From assembly GCA_027009865.1 (NCBI GenBank), contig JALVCR010000099.1, positions 1 to 35,408 on the forward strand: a DNA stretch of 35,408 nucleotides. Reading direction: 5' to 3'. Of this stretch, positions 1 through 9,347 are shown one piece after another. The position numbers and the translations under genes are program-made. This stretch comes from Campylobacterales bacterium (lineage in GTDB: Bacteria; Campylobacterota; Campylobacteria; Campylobacterales; JAADDG01). Under the pieces are notes generated by a model, which did not search any database, had not been told where the DNA came from, and saw only the letters and a list, made by a program, of their open reading frames with translations. Each line of letters starts with the position of its first letter. The stretch's first letter is position 1.

Positions 1-728
1 CTTCCAAAAGTATCAAGCAGAAAGTATGCTACAGGTCCCATTACCGTAAGTTCGGGATCAAAAAGCGATATCGCCCCGACTCTGAAAACTTCTATAGGGT
101 TTAAAAGGGCTATGGATATAATCAAATTATCATCCCATCTGTTTTGAAGCATCAATCCAATAAGAGCTATATCGATGAAAGCCAAAAGCGTAATCCAAAC
201 TACAAAACTTGCCCCCAGCGCTACGTCATGGCTTTTTACAATTGTGGAGATAAAAAAGGCTATTCCCAAAAAAACGGCGCAAATAGCAAATATCAAAGCG
301 CTATAGGATAGCAAAATCGCCCAAGGAATCTCACCTCCTTTAAAAACTCCCCAAATAACTCCTATTAAAAAAGCCAAAAACACAGGGAAAAAGGTGATGC
401 TAAAACGCCCTATCATCTTTCCCCAATAATAATCCCTTAAAGATATAGGGAAAGATAGCATATACTCCAAAACAGCGCTCTCTCTATCCACAGAAATTGA
501 TTTTACCGTAGTTATTAAAATAAAAATAGGCAAAATTATAATCGTAACTTCCATATAAACTAATAAAAGGCGGCTTAAACCCGTAAATCCCATCACTACA
601 CTGTCGGTAATTCCGGTAATGAAAAAAAATGCCATCAAGCCACCAAATACCAACAGATATACCAAAAACCATCTGCTTCTAAGGGATTCTCTTATATCCA
701 GTTTAGCTATCAACAAAAGATTATTCAT
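1..728 (-). CDS. nosY: NosY, ABC-2-type permease of the NosDFY system (C-terminus lies beyond the left edge)
   Basis: Not in the ORF track because it runs off the window. My minus-strand translation from ATG 726-728 (ATGA overlap with the nosL stop) gives MNNLLLIAKLDIRESLRSRWFLVYLLVFGGLMAFFFITG... It is an uninterrupted multi-TM sequence down to position 1. It follows nosF/nosL. The 484..672 track ORF is an out-of-frame shadow of it. Confidence 0.8.
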   Translation of the reverse strand, partial: MNNLLLIAKLDIRESLRSRWFLVYLLVFGGLMAFFFITGITDSVVMGFTGLSRLLLVYMEVTIIILPIFILITTVKSISVDRESAVLEYMLSFPISLRDYYWGKMIGRFSITFFPVFLAFLIGVIWGVFKGGEIPWAILLSYSALIFAICAVFLGIAFFISTIVKSHDVALGASFVVWITLLAFIDIALIGLMLQNRWDDNLIISIALLNPIEVFRVGAISLFDPELTVMGPVAYFLLDTFG

Positions 729-1171
729 TTGCCTATTTTCTCCACTCTTCTTTTAACCTCGTTAAAATCTATAATTTCACCGCTTTTAGGTCTGTTTTTA
801 TGAGCTGCAAATCCATACCCCATGGGAGTTATGCTATTTGTCGTATAAAAAGCTTTTTTTGCGTCTATCCATTCGCCGCTTTTTGCATCCGTTATCCAGA
901 TTTTTTTAAATCTAACTTCCGGATGTTCAAGCTTATTCCACAAAATAAGACACCCTATATCGTCAAACTTATAAACTCTCCCCTTCTCATCTACTCCTTC
1001 AACGGCAAATTTTCTCTCGCTTATGGCCATTTTGCATCTTTCGCACATATCTCTATCCCAGTGCATTTTAGCCGGCTCTTTTGTGTAATCTTTTTTGGAA
1101 CATCCGCTAAAGGAGATAAAAAATACTCCCAAAATAAAAAGTAGTATATATCTAAATTCTCTCATCTTCAA
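725..1171 (-). CDS. nosL: NosL, copper-chaperone lipoprotein
   Basis: Signal peptide plus lipobox (ISFSGC) and an MCERCKM metal motif, in nos context. The track start at 1169-1171 is TTG; ATG at 1163-1165 is an alternative start. Confidence 0.85.
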   Translation of the reverse strand: MKMREFRYILLFILGVFFISFSGCSKKDYTKEPAKMHWDRDMCERCKMAISERKFAVEGVDEKGRVYKFDDIGCLILWNKLEHPEVRFKKIWITDAKSGEWIDAKKAFYTTNSITPMGYGFAAHKNRPKSGEIIDFNEVKRRVEKIGK

Positions 1172-1790
1172 CTATGCTTCCCAAATCCATATAAATCTCT
1201 CTATTTACAAGTCCCTCTATCTCTTCAAGACGGTGGGTAATAAAAATAGTCGATATATTCTCATCCAAAGAGCTTAAAAGCTCATAAAATTTCTCTCTTG
1301 CCTTTGGATCGAGATTTGCGGTAGGCTCGTCAAATATCAAAATATCGCTTTTTTTAGCCAAAGCAATAGCTATTAGAAGTTTTTGTTTCATTCCTCCGCT
1401 TAGTTTAAAAAAAGGCTTTTTTAAATTCTTTAAAACATCTAAATCCATTTTGGAGGATTCTTTCAAAATATCCCCTCTTAGAGTTTTTGAGCTTTTGGAA
1501 ACATACTCTAAAAGCTCCTCTACATTTAATTTAATAGGAGGCGGCGTTTGGGGAATAAAGCTGATATTTTCCAAAACTTTGACTCTCTCTTTGATAGGAT
1601 CAAACCCTTTAACTCTTATCTCTCCGCTGTCTAAATGGTAAAAGCCCAAAATAGATCTAACAAGCGTCGTTTTGCCTGCCCCATTTGGCCCCATTAAAGC
1701 TATTTTATCGCCCCTTTCTATCTTTAAATTTACACGGTTTAATACATTGACATCTAAAAATTTTTTTACGGCTTCTTTTACTTCTATCAT
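1152..1790 (-). CDS. nosF: NosF, ABC transporter ATP-binding subunit
   Basis: Walker A GPNGAGKTT, ABC signature LSGGMKQK and Walker B ILIFDEP. There is a 4-nt overlap with nosH. Confidence 0.85.
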   Translation of the reverse strand: MIEVKEAVKKFLDVNVLNRVNLKIERGDKIALMGPNGAGKTTLVRSILGFYHLDSGEIRVKGFDPIKERVKVLENISFIPQTPPPIKLNVEELLEYVSKSSKTLRGDILKESSKMDLDVLKNLKKPFFKLSGGMKQKLLIAIALAKKSDILIFDEPTANLDPKAREKFYELLSSLDENISTIFITHRLEEIEGLVNREIYMDLGSIVEDERI

Positions 1791-2698
1791 ACTAAATTTT
1801 TCAACCTAAATTCAAAATTATACGCATCTTCATGACATACATCAAAACATCTTGCACACATTATACAATCACCGTCTTTAACAAACTCTTTTGTTATCCC
1901 CTTCTCTTTTCTCTCTTCATCATATTTTGCTTTAAATCTCTCAAGCACATGATCTTCAGGGCAAGCAATAAAACAGGCAGCGCAATGATCGCATTTATTC
2001 ATATCCCATTGCACTTTCATAGGACTTGTCCATCCCAAAAAGCTGTAAGTGGTTCCGATAGGACAGACATATTTGCACCAGGCTCTTCTTGAAAAGAATA
2101 TTTCAACAGCTAAAATAACCAAAACCCAAACTATGGCCAAACTCCAACCATATACTATAAATCTGCTCAAAATTCCAACGGGATTTATCATCTCAAATAC
2201 CAAATATCCATCAATCGCAGCGGCTGCCAAGAAAATAATCCAAAAGATATATCTGACTCTTGGATCAAATCTTCTCTCTTTTATAACTCTTTTATTTACA
2301 AGTATTTGATGAATTCTCTCTCCTATTTCGCTTAAAAGCCCGTAGGGACAAACCCAGCCGCAAAAAGCTTTGCCTCCCACAATAAAATAAAAAAGAGCTA
2401 TCGTAACGGTTCCTATAATAATATTGGTATGGATATGATGTTCTGCCGCTAAAATCTCCAAAGCCGCAAAAGGATCTATCAAATGAAAACCAAGAAGCCT
2501 TGAGCCTGTAAGCGTCCCTTCCAAAAACTGAATATCTATATGATAAGAAAGGAAAAACGTCAAATTGATAATTATAACGCTAAGCCACCTCCAAAACCTC
2601 CAAGTAGGCCTTATTTTACCCTCTCTTGTTTTATAATAGAGAGTCGATAAAAGAGGAGCATTGACAAGCTCCTTTGCAGATGCGGTATATTTGTCCAC
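1787..2698 (-). CDS. nosH: NosH, NapH-like membrane-bound FeS menaquinol dehydrogenase subunit
   Basis: Four TM segments, two CxxxCP motifs (CGWVCPYG, CKYVCPIG) and two C-terminal 4Fe-4S motifs (CDHCAACFIACP, CIMCARCFDVC). It is a paralogue of napH in this window. Confidence 0.85.
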   Translation of the reverse strand: MDKYTASAKELVNAPLLSTLYYKTREGKIRPTWRFWRWLSVIIINLTFFLSYHIDIQFLEGTLTGSRLLGFHLIDPFAALEILAAEHHIHTNIIIGTVTIALFYFIVGGKAFCGWVCPYGLLSEIGERIHQILVNKRVIKERRFDPRVRYIFWIIFLAAAAIDGYLVFEMINPVGILSRFIVYGWSLAIVWVLVILAVEIFFSRRAWCKYVCPIGTTYSFLGWTSPMKVQWDMNKCDHCAACFIACPEDHVLERFKAKYDEERKEKGITKEFVKDGDCIMCARCFDVCHEDAYNFEFRLKNLV

Positions 2699-2708
2699 TT
2701 TGAATCCT

Positions 2709-3218
2709 TTATTTGCTGCTCTCTTTTAATTTTTGCTCAAAACTGCTTATTTCTTTAGCCAAAGATTTTAAATCCTCTTCACTCATATTGTTCAAAAGAC
2801 CAAACATTACATAATTTTTTCTCTTTCCGGATTTAAAATCCATCAAAGCCTTATATATTTCATCTTCGCTTTTTCCTATAAGTTTTGGACCTATTACTCC
2901 CATTCCATTTATTCCATGACAAGATGCGCAATTTCTTCTATAAAGAGGACTAACTTCAAAAGCCGACATTCTCCCCGCTTTTTCTTTTAAAACTTTTAAT
3001 TTCTTCTCCTCTTCACTCTCCTTTTTTTGTGAAACTGCGGATTTAGAAACAGCTTGTGAAGATTGAGCCTTTTTGCTTACGGGAACTTCAAGCTTGGATT
3101 TTTCAATAATCTCTTTTATATGCTTAAATTTTTGAGCCTCTATATCGAGTTTTGCCATATACAAAATGGCTACAAGAGTTAACGCCCCGGCAATAAATGC
3201 TATAATATGTCTAATCAT
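2709..3218 (-). CDS. nosC2: NosC2, membrane-anchored monohaem cytochrome c
   Basis: N-terminal TM helix and a single CASCH haem motif. The C-terminal domain is paralogous to the adjacent NosC1 (GKRKN..., LKSLAKEI). Confidence 0.7.
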   Translation of the reverse strand: MIRHIIAFIAGALTLVAILYMAKLDIEAQKFKHIKEIIEKSKLEVPVSKKAQSSQAVSKSAVSQKKESEEEKKLKVLKEKAGRMSAFEVSPLYRRNCASCHGINGMGVIGPKLIGKSEDEIYKALMDFKSGKRKNYVMFGLLNNMSEEDLKSLAKEISSFEQKLKESSK

Positions 3219-3221
3219 CGC

Positions 3222-3785
3222 CTATCCTTTTATTCTGTTTTCTTCTTTTATTTTTTGAACTTTTTTATTAAATTCGGCAACTTCGTTCGCTAAAGCTTTA
3301 AGCTTTTCATCGCTAAGTCTTCTAACAAGCTGAACCATTAAAACATTTTTTCTTTTGCCATTTTTAAAATCTAAAAGCTGTTTATAAATATAATCTCCGC
3401 TTTTTCCAAGAAGAGACGGGCCTATTATTCCGTTTGCATAATCGTCATGACACGCAGAGCAGTAAATTAAAAAATCTTTGCTAAGCTTATTTGCTAAAAG
3501 GGAGATTTGAACTCTCTCATATCTATTTCTAACTCTTCTGTAAGCTCCAAGCTTGGTAAAAGCTGCTTCATCTTCAACTTCTTTTTTATTTTTTTTTGTA
3601 TTATAAGAATAATAAAATTCCCCTTTATCTACTTTTTTACTTTTTGCTTCCTTTTCTTTTACAACTCCCTCGGTTATCTTTATCTCTTTCAAAGAGGCGC
3701 TCTCTTTACTCTCTTTTTTACTCTCACAGCCGCTAAATAAAAGAGATGTAAAAACAGCGGTAATTAAAATATCTCTCATTTTCAT
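3222..3785 (-). CDS. nosC1: NosC1, lipoprotein monohaem cytochrome c
   Basis: Lipobox LFSGC and a single CSACH motif. It is a tandem paralogue of NosC2. Confidence 0.7.
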   Translation of the reverse strand: MKMRDILITAVFTSLLFSGCESKKESKESASLKEIKITEGVVKEKEAKSKKVDKGEFYYSYNTKKNKKEVEDEAAFTKLGAYRRVRNRYERVQISLLANKLSKDFLIYCSACHDDYANGIIGPSLLGKSGDYIYKQLLDFKNGKRKNVLMVQLVRRLSDEKLKALANEVAEFNKKVQKIKEENRIKG

Positions 3786-3787
3786 AT

Positions 3788-4564
3788 TTAAGCCTTTTTA
3801 TATATTTCTTCATACGTTGCACGCGGAACGATACTTAAAACATTTGTCGGACAAAGCTCCACACATGCCCCGCATCCTACACACTTTTCCCTAATTTCAG
3901 GAATATAGCCGCCATTTTTCTCAATCATACCAATAGCTAAAGAGGGATTTGGATAAGGGCAAAGATCGGCACAAATAGTGCAATTTTTTGCATTTCTAAA
4001 TTTTTCAAGTTTTTTTAGAAGCTGGGTTTGAAGTTCTCTTTTTTCGCTTGGATTTGGAACATCTTCTATTTTCTTCTCTTCTATCTCTTTTTTGCTTAAA
4101 ACTTTCGTATGTTCATAAATTCTATCTATTGCGCTGTCTGGAACAGGTTTGTTATGAAGAGCCAAACATGCGTTTTCATTTACTATAACAGCCATTCCCA
4201 TATGAACATATTTGATATCATCCTTCTCATGATCCAATGCTCCGCTTGGACAGGCCAAAATACAGGGAAATGCTTTGCAAAGATAGCATCCTCTTTTATG
4301 GGGATCGATATAAGCGGTGCCAACTCCAGCTTTCCCATTTAAATCTTCAAGCAAAATAGAATCATATGGGCAAACCTGCAAACATTGACCGCACTTAATA
4401 CAAAGAGCCAAAAAATTATCTTCCTCCACAGCTCCGGGAGGTCTTAACTTAAGCTCCTCATTTTTAAAATATTTAGCCCCATAAATGCCGGCTGCCGCCG
4501 CAATTCCCAAAACTCCCAAACCGGCCATCTTCTTTATAAAATCTCTTCTTTGCTTATCAGTCAT
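3788..4564 (-). CDS. nosG: NosG, NapG-like periplasmic poly-ferredoxin (Tat substrate)
   Basis: Twin-arginine motif QRRDFIKK and four Cys clusters (CIKCGQCLQVCP, CYLCKAFPCILACP, CTICADLCP, CVGCGACVELCP). Confidence 0.85.
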   Translation of the reverse strand: MTDKQRRDFIKKMAGLGVLGIAAAAGIYGAKYFKNEELKLRPPGAVEEDNFLALCIKCGQCLQVCPYDSILLEDLNGKAGVGTAYIDPHKRGCYLCKAFPCILACPSGALDHEKDDIKYVHMGMAVIVNENACLALHNKPVPDSAIDRIYEHTKVLSKKEIEEKKIEDVPNPSEKRELQTQLLKKLEKFRNAKNCTICADLCPYPNPSLAIGMIEKNGGYIPEIREKCVGCGACVELCPTNVLSIVPRATYEEIYKKA

Positions 4565-4572
4565 AATAACTC

Positions 4573-5778
4573 CTATTCATACATTAAAGGCTTAGGATCT
4601 GTTAAAAGTTTCACAGGCTCGGAAAACGGAGCCAATTTATACAAAAAATTCAAAATCGAAATAACAGGCGATCCGTAAAAAAATCTCACATTCGGATTTA
4701 AAAGCCACATCTTATCGGCATAATAATACAAAGTATAAGGAGTATCTCCTATGCCGTCTCTATTTTTATCAAGTCCCTCGTAATCATCCCAGTAATTATT
4801 CTCCCAATGATTCATAACCGAATGAATAACTCCCGAATCGTCATAAACATTTTCCATATTGCCCTTGAAAATATTCTTCTTTATTTCGTTATTTGTGCTT
4901 AAAGAGTGAAAATGCATTCCTATCGAGTTATATAAAATCTTATTTCCCGTTATATAATTTTTGGATGTAGGATCAAAAGGCGACCTATCTATATAAAAAC
5001 CTTTTGCACAATAGAGAATTGTATTGTTTTTTATAGTAAAGTTGGAAGCGTCTTTCAACCCTATCCCAATTCCAGTCGTTCCAATAGAACTCATTATCAT
5101 ATTGCCCTCGGCAATAGTATCTTTTGAATACATAAAAAAAATACCCACGCTATTGTGCTTGTAGATATTGTTTTTGACAATATTTTTCCCCGCATACATG
5201 AAATGAAGAGAATATCTTCCATACTCTCCTATATTTTTTTCTATCAAATTTCCATGACTATACCAGATAACAAAATCTCTGCTCTTATATAGATGGTTAC
5301 CTCTTAAAATATTGTCATTGCTATACCAAAGCCTTACTCCATCGCCTCTGATTCCTAAAGGAAAAGGTTTTGAAGTAATATAATTTCCTATAATTTTAGA
5401 GTCATGAACATTTTGCAAATCTATTCCAAACAGGCAATCTCTGATTTTACAATTCTCAATCGTGCAAAAATCGGCATTCTTTATAGAGATTCCGGCATCT
5501 ACTCTTTCATGCTCTTTACCGCTATGCTCTATAATTAAATTCTTTAATATAACATTAGAACTTCTTATTTTTATAACAGTTCCATTTCCATCGCCTCTAA
5601 TGACTGTTTTGCCTTTTTGCCCGACAATCATTAAAGGCTTGTTTATTATGATATTCCCTTTAAAAACTCCTTTCGGAAGTTCAAGTTTAGAGCCCTCTTT
5701 TACTTTATCGATATAACTTTGCAAACTTTGAGAAAAAGAAATACCTATAAAAAGTAAAAAGAGAGCTATGCTTTTCAT
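4573..5778 (-). CDS. nosD: NosD, periplasmic parallel beta-helix copper-centre assembly protein
   Basis: Signal peptide and repetitive beta-helix-like N/G/I-rich repeats. It sits between nosB and nosG as in clade-II nos clusters. Confidence 0.9.
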   Translation of the reverse strand: MKSIALFLLFIGISFSQSLQSYIDKVKEGSKLELPKGVFKGNIIINKPLMIVGQKGKTVIRGDGNGTVIKIRSSNVILKNLIIEHSGKEHERVDAGISIKNADFCTIENCKIRDCLFGIDLQNVHDSKIIGNYITSKPFPLGIRGDGVRLWYSNDNILRGNHLYKSRDFVIWYSHGNLIEKNIGEYGRYSLHFMYAGKNIVKNNIYKHNSVGIFFMYSKDTIAEGNMIMSSIGTTGIGIGLKDASNFTIKNNTILYCAKGFYIDRSPFDPTSKNYITGNKILYNSIGMHFHSLSTNNEIKKNIFKGNMENVYDDSGVIHSVMNHWENNYWDDYEGLDKNRDGIGDTPYTLYYYADKMWLLNPNVRFFYGSPVISILNFLYKLAPFSEPVKLLTDPKPLMYE

Positions 5779-6563
5779 TGTATTTTATGCTCTCTTAAAT
5801 ATTTTCTTTTAGAAACAATCGCAAGAAGCGTTAAAACGCTTATAGCAAGCAAAAGCCAAAAACCAAGCGTTGGATAAGAGTGCGTCGTAAACTGCGCCAC
5901 TTTCCCGTCTCCAAATACGGTAGGCATAAACGGTTTTATTTTAAACGCTCCCCAATCGTGCATATGATGGCCAAACCAATACAGCCAGTATGCGTAAAAT
6001 CCCAAGAAAATAATAGGCAAAGCTACCGCTATCCACATAATCCATTCAAGCCATTTCCAGTTATAAAGCATAAACAGAATATAAGCAAAAGCAAGCAATA
6101 CCAATACATAAGGAGCAATTGCTCTAAGATAAGGAGCGCCTCTCTCCATAGGATCCATACCTATAAAGTGATTAATTGTATTCATCTCATGAACATCACC
6201 ACTAAATCCATCAAAATGGTAATAGACAGGAATTCCTTCAGGAAAAGCATCTTTTGGATAGTTTGGAGCTTCCAAAGATACATACCAGATAGGAGCGCTT
6301 GCAACACCTATTTCAGCATTATACTCTATCATCTTTTGCAATATTGGATTTTTATTTTTATCAAGAGCCTCCGGAGGGGTATTTGGACTTACATATCTTC
6401 CTTTTTGATAAAAATTCCAAACTTCATAAGCAATTTTTGGAATTTTATCTGCTTTTCCCTCTTTAGCTAAATCTGGAACATCATGGGTAATAACTGCAGG
6501 AATAACAAACCAATAAAGTAATACGGCAAATGCCAAGAGAGCATAAATTTGAAATTTTTTCAT
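5775..6563 (-). CDS. nosB: NosB-like integral membrane protein (clade-II nos specific)
   Basis: One N-terminal TM, a periplasmic domain and three C-terminal TMs, immediately downstream of nosZ. I moved the start to ATG 6561-6563 (MKKFQIY). That start has an AAGGA SD, and a TATAAT -10 (6592-6597) plus an FNR box (6620-6633) lie inside the track ORF's TTG-initiated extension. Confidence 0.6.
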   Translation of the reverse strand: MKKFQIYALLAFAVLLYWFVIPAVITHDVPDLAKEGKADKIPKIAYEVWNFYQKGRYVSPNTPPEALDKNKNPILQKMIEYNAEIGVASAPIWYVSLEAPNYPKDAFPEGIPVYYHFDGFSGDVHEMNTINHFIGMDPMERGAPYLRAIAPYVLVLLAFAYILFMLYNWKWLEWIMWIAVALPIIFLGFYAYWLYWFGHHMHDWGAFKIKPFMPTVFGDGKVAQFTTHSYPTLGFWLLLAISVLTLLAIVSKRKYLREHKIQ

Positions 6564-6619
6564 GAGTTTTCCTTTAGGAAGATTTTCTTCTATTATACAC
6601 AAATATAACATTAACAAGA

Positions 6620-6633
6620 TTGATTAGAATCAA
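6620..6633 (-). promoter_or_regulatory. FNR/CRP-type box TTGATTAGAATCAA upstream of nosB, with TATAAT -10 at 6592-6597
   Basis: Perfect TTGAT-N4-ATCAA palindrome. The -10 hexamer lies about 30 nt downstream on the minus strand, and the ATG lies about 57 nt from the box. Confidence 0.65.
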
Positions 6634-6643
6634 CGATTTATAA

Positions 6644-6689
6644 CCTATATTTATTTATATCATTTAAAAATATTATAAATAAATATAGG
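6644..6689. repeat. Perfect 16-bp inverted repeat CCTATATTTATTTATA / TATAAATAAATATAGG with a 14-nt spacer
   Basis: Read directly from the sequence. It lies between the nosZ terminator and the nosB FNR box. Confidence 0.8.
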
Positions 6690-6702
6690 GATTTATCAAA
6701 TC

Positions 6703-6737
6703 TACAAAAAAGGAGAGGGAGAAATTCCCTCTCTTTT
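6703..6737 (-). terminator. Rho-independent terminator directly after nosZ
   Basis: Minus strand: GAGAGGGA-atttc-TCCCTCTC (6733..6713) followed by CTTTTTTG. It starts 1 nt after the TAA of nosZ. Confidence 0.8.
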
Positions 6738-9347
6738 TTAGAAGAGGTTAGCGTTTTCGTCGATCCATTTTAGATATTCAATAATATCTTTAATCTCTTG
6801 ATCGCTCATATGTTGATTTGGCATTCTGAGATTAAAATAATCAATCATAGATTTTACATATGGATCATCATATTTGCTTGATGGGTTTTTAATAAATTCA
6901 GCAACCCATTTCTCGCCATTTTCATGTCTTTTTAGAACACCGACAAGATCAGGGCCTGAACTTACCTTACCAATAACGTGGCATCCGTTACATCCTCCTT
7001 CTGCAAATGCAGCTTCTCCTCTTTTTGCTGCTTCGCTCATAGGAGTGGCAAGTTTTTTAACCAATAAATCTTTAGCTCTAATACCAACATCAGCTGTTTT
7101 AACCAAATATTGCCATGCTTGATATTGGAAGTTGATAGCTGTCTCTATATCTCCTTTTTTGAGAGCTTCTTCAGCCTTCTTCTCTTCGCCAGCAACTTTG
7201 CTAAATTGATCCATAGCGTCATCTACAAGATTTTTAACTACAGGATATTTCTCGTAGTGATTCTCTTTTAGGAATTTAACAACACTTTGAATAACTTTTT
7301 TAGTGGCTTCATTTAATTTTACAGTTTTGTCATACTCTTTTTGCAACTGCTCTTTGCTCATTTTTTTGAGCTTAATTTTCTTAACAGATTTATATTTCTT
7401 ATTAGGATCTTTAACCATCAAGTATCCCATCATCTCAAGGTGTAATGCAGAACAGAATTCTGTACAATAGTATGGGAAAACACCCTCTCTGTCGGCTTTA
7501 AATGTTACGGCAACTGTTTTACCAGGCTCCAAAGAAGCATGAACATTATACCAGTCAACTGTAAATCCGTGAGTCTCATCTTCCGCTCTTTCTAAGTTGG
7601 TTAGATAGAAAGTTACTATATCTCCTTTGTTTACAGTTACATGTTCAGGGTTAATATGACTTCTAACCAAAGTTCCATAAACATATACATGATTTCCTTT
7701 TCTCTCTATGCGCTCTTGTCCTGCAAGAGTTTTACCTTTATGAGGTTTTCCTGTAAAAGGATTTGTTCCCATTGGATATCTAACTTCAGTATGAAGTTTG
7801 CTTGCTCTAATTGCAACAGCTTGGTGAGGTTCACCGAGAGGAACCGGCATATCATAAAGCAGTTTCATTTTTTTGCCACTTATATCTATAAGCTGATGGT
7901 TTTGCGGATGAAGAGGCCCTATTGGATTAAATCTGTCAATTGCAAGTTTATTTAGAGCTATAATATACTCTCCTTGAGGATCCTCAGTTTTTCCTTCCAT
8001 ACCACAAAGGTGACCAATATTATAGTTTACATTTACTCTATCTTTTACTTCACATGTTAAATAGTTCCATTTTACAACTTGACTGTCAACATATAAAGAA
8101 GTATAAATCTCACCCTCTGTTTTCCATTTAGGTCCAAATTGATTGTGAAGAGGTCCAAGTCCAAGCTCTGCTTGGCAATGCATAGCTTTTTTCATATCTA
8201 TAATAGGAATTCCATATGGATCTTTACCTACAAAGTCCTTATTTTTAACAGCTTCCATAATTTTCTTAAAATCATACACTGTTGCATGAGTATCAAGCTT
8301 TCCGCAAACAACAATATATCTTCCATCAGGACTTACATCTACTCCATGAGGAGATTTTGGTTCAGGAATCAAAAATAAAGCATCATTTTTAACAGCAACT
8401 TCAATTGGAATAACTTTTATACCATTTATAACTTTTACATTTTTTGGATCTTTTGCGAGCTCAGCTAATTTTTTCCAATTATAAACATGCAAGTAGTCTG
8501 TATCATTTCTTGAGCATCCTGCTTCAAATGGAGGAAGTCCTTTTTCAATACCCCCTGTATACATCTCAGAGTTAAAAGAGTTTGTAAATCCCCATCCATA
8601 ACTTAACTCTTTACCTGCATCGCTTAAATCTTGCATATACGGAGGCATCTCAATTACAAAAGATTCCTTTGGAATAATTTTTCCTTTTTCATGATCAAAT
8701 TTCCATACAGTAACTCCACCTCTGTAAACATCAGCATACTCTTCCATTGGATGATAACTTAAATCATAAGGAGCACCATATTGACAGGCTTCAAGAATAT
8801 ATTCGCTATTTGGAGTAAAGAAAGCTCCACCATGATCTGATTTAAAAACAGGATTTACAACAATCTGTTTTGTAACAAAATCTTTTAAATCTATAACAGC
8901 AATTCTCGGATTTGCCTTATCGTTAATTACTAACCATTTTCCATCATATTTTCCATTTGTCTCAGAAATTGCCGGATGGTGAGTATCTCCCCATGTTATA
9001 GGTTTACCAAACCATTTACCTTCAGCCAAAACTTTTTTGGTATCGTCATCATAACCCCAACCTTGCCAAGGCTCAGGAGTAAATACACCGATAAACTTCA
9101 AAATTCTCATAGACGGAACGCCATAAACCATAATCTGACCAGACTGTCCGCCTGAGCTAAAAACTATATATTTATCCCTTCCACCACTTGGAGTATATGT
9201 TTTTGCAGCAGCTAAGATATCATCTTGCGTCAATCCTCTTTCTTTCATAATCTTCTCAAGTTCACTTTGAGCCGTAGCAAAACCTGAAACCATACATACG
9301 GCTGCGGCTACACTGATCAACCTTTTAAAGGTTCTTCCAATCCGCAT
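6738..9347 (-). CDS. nosZ: Nitrous-oxide reductase, clade II with a C-terminal monohaem cytochrome c domain (cNosZ)
   Basis: 869 aa with a Sec-type signal peptide. It has a beta-propeller region, a CuA-like motif (CTEFCSALHLEMMG) and a C-terminal CNGCH haem c domain after a helical linker. Confidence 0.97.
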   Translation of the reverse strand: MRIGRTFKRLISVAAAVCMVSGFATAQSELEKIMKERGLTQDDILAAAKTYTPSGGRDKYIVFSSGGQSGQIMVYGVPSMRILKFIGVFTPEPWQGWGYDDDTKKVLAEGKWFGKPITWGDTHHPAISETNGKYDGKWLVINDKANPRIAVIDLKDFVTKQIVVNPVFKSDHGGAFFTPNSEYILEACQYGAPYDLSYHPMEEYADVYRGGVTVWKFDHEKGKIIPKESFVIEMPPYMQDLSDAGKELSYGWGFTNSFNSEMYTGGIEKGLPPFEAGCSRNDTDYLHVYNWKKLAELAKDPKNVKVINGIKVIPIEVAVKNDALFLIPEPKSPHGVDVSPDGRYIVVCGKLDTHATVYDFKKIMEAVKNKDFVGKDPYGIPIIDMKKAMHCQAELGLGPLHNQFGPKWKTEGEIYTSLYVDSQVVKWNYLTCEVKDRVNVNYNIGHLCGMEGKTEDPQGEYIIALNKLAIDRFNPIGPLHPQNHQLIDISGKKMKLLYDMPVPLGEPHQAVAIRASKLHTEVRYPMGTNPFTGKPHKGKTLAGQERIERKGNHVYVYGTLVRSHINPEHVTVNKGDIVTFYLTNLERAEDETHGFTVDWYNVHASLEPGKTVAVTFKADREGVFPYYCTEFCSALHLEMMGYLMVKDPNKKYKSVKKIKLKKMSKEQLQKEYDKTVKLNEATKKVIQSVVKFLKENHYEKYPVVKNLVDDAMDQFSKVAGEEKKAEEALKKGDIETAINFQYQAWQYLVKTADVGIRAKDLLVKKLATPMSEAAKRGEAAFAEGGCNGCHVIGKVSSGPDLVGVLKRHENGEKWVAEFIKNPSSKYDDPYVKSMIDYFNLRMPNQHMSDQEIKDIIEYLKWIDENANLF

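Noticed and set aside
484-672. 62-aa minus-strand ORF from the track
   Set aside because: It is out of frame within nosY. The neighbouring frame gives a continuous ABC-2 permease sequence from ATG 728 to the window edge.
5880-6470. 196-aa + strand ORF, the longest plus-strand ORF in the nos region
   Set aside because: It lies entirely antisense to nosB. Its composition is low-complexity and Lys/Ile/Ser/Phe-rich, typical of a shadow frame in AT-rich DNA. It has no SD and no recognisable motif.
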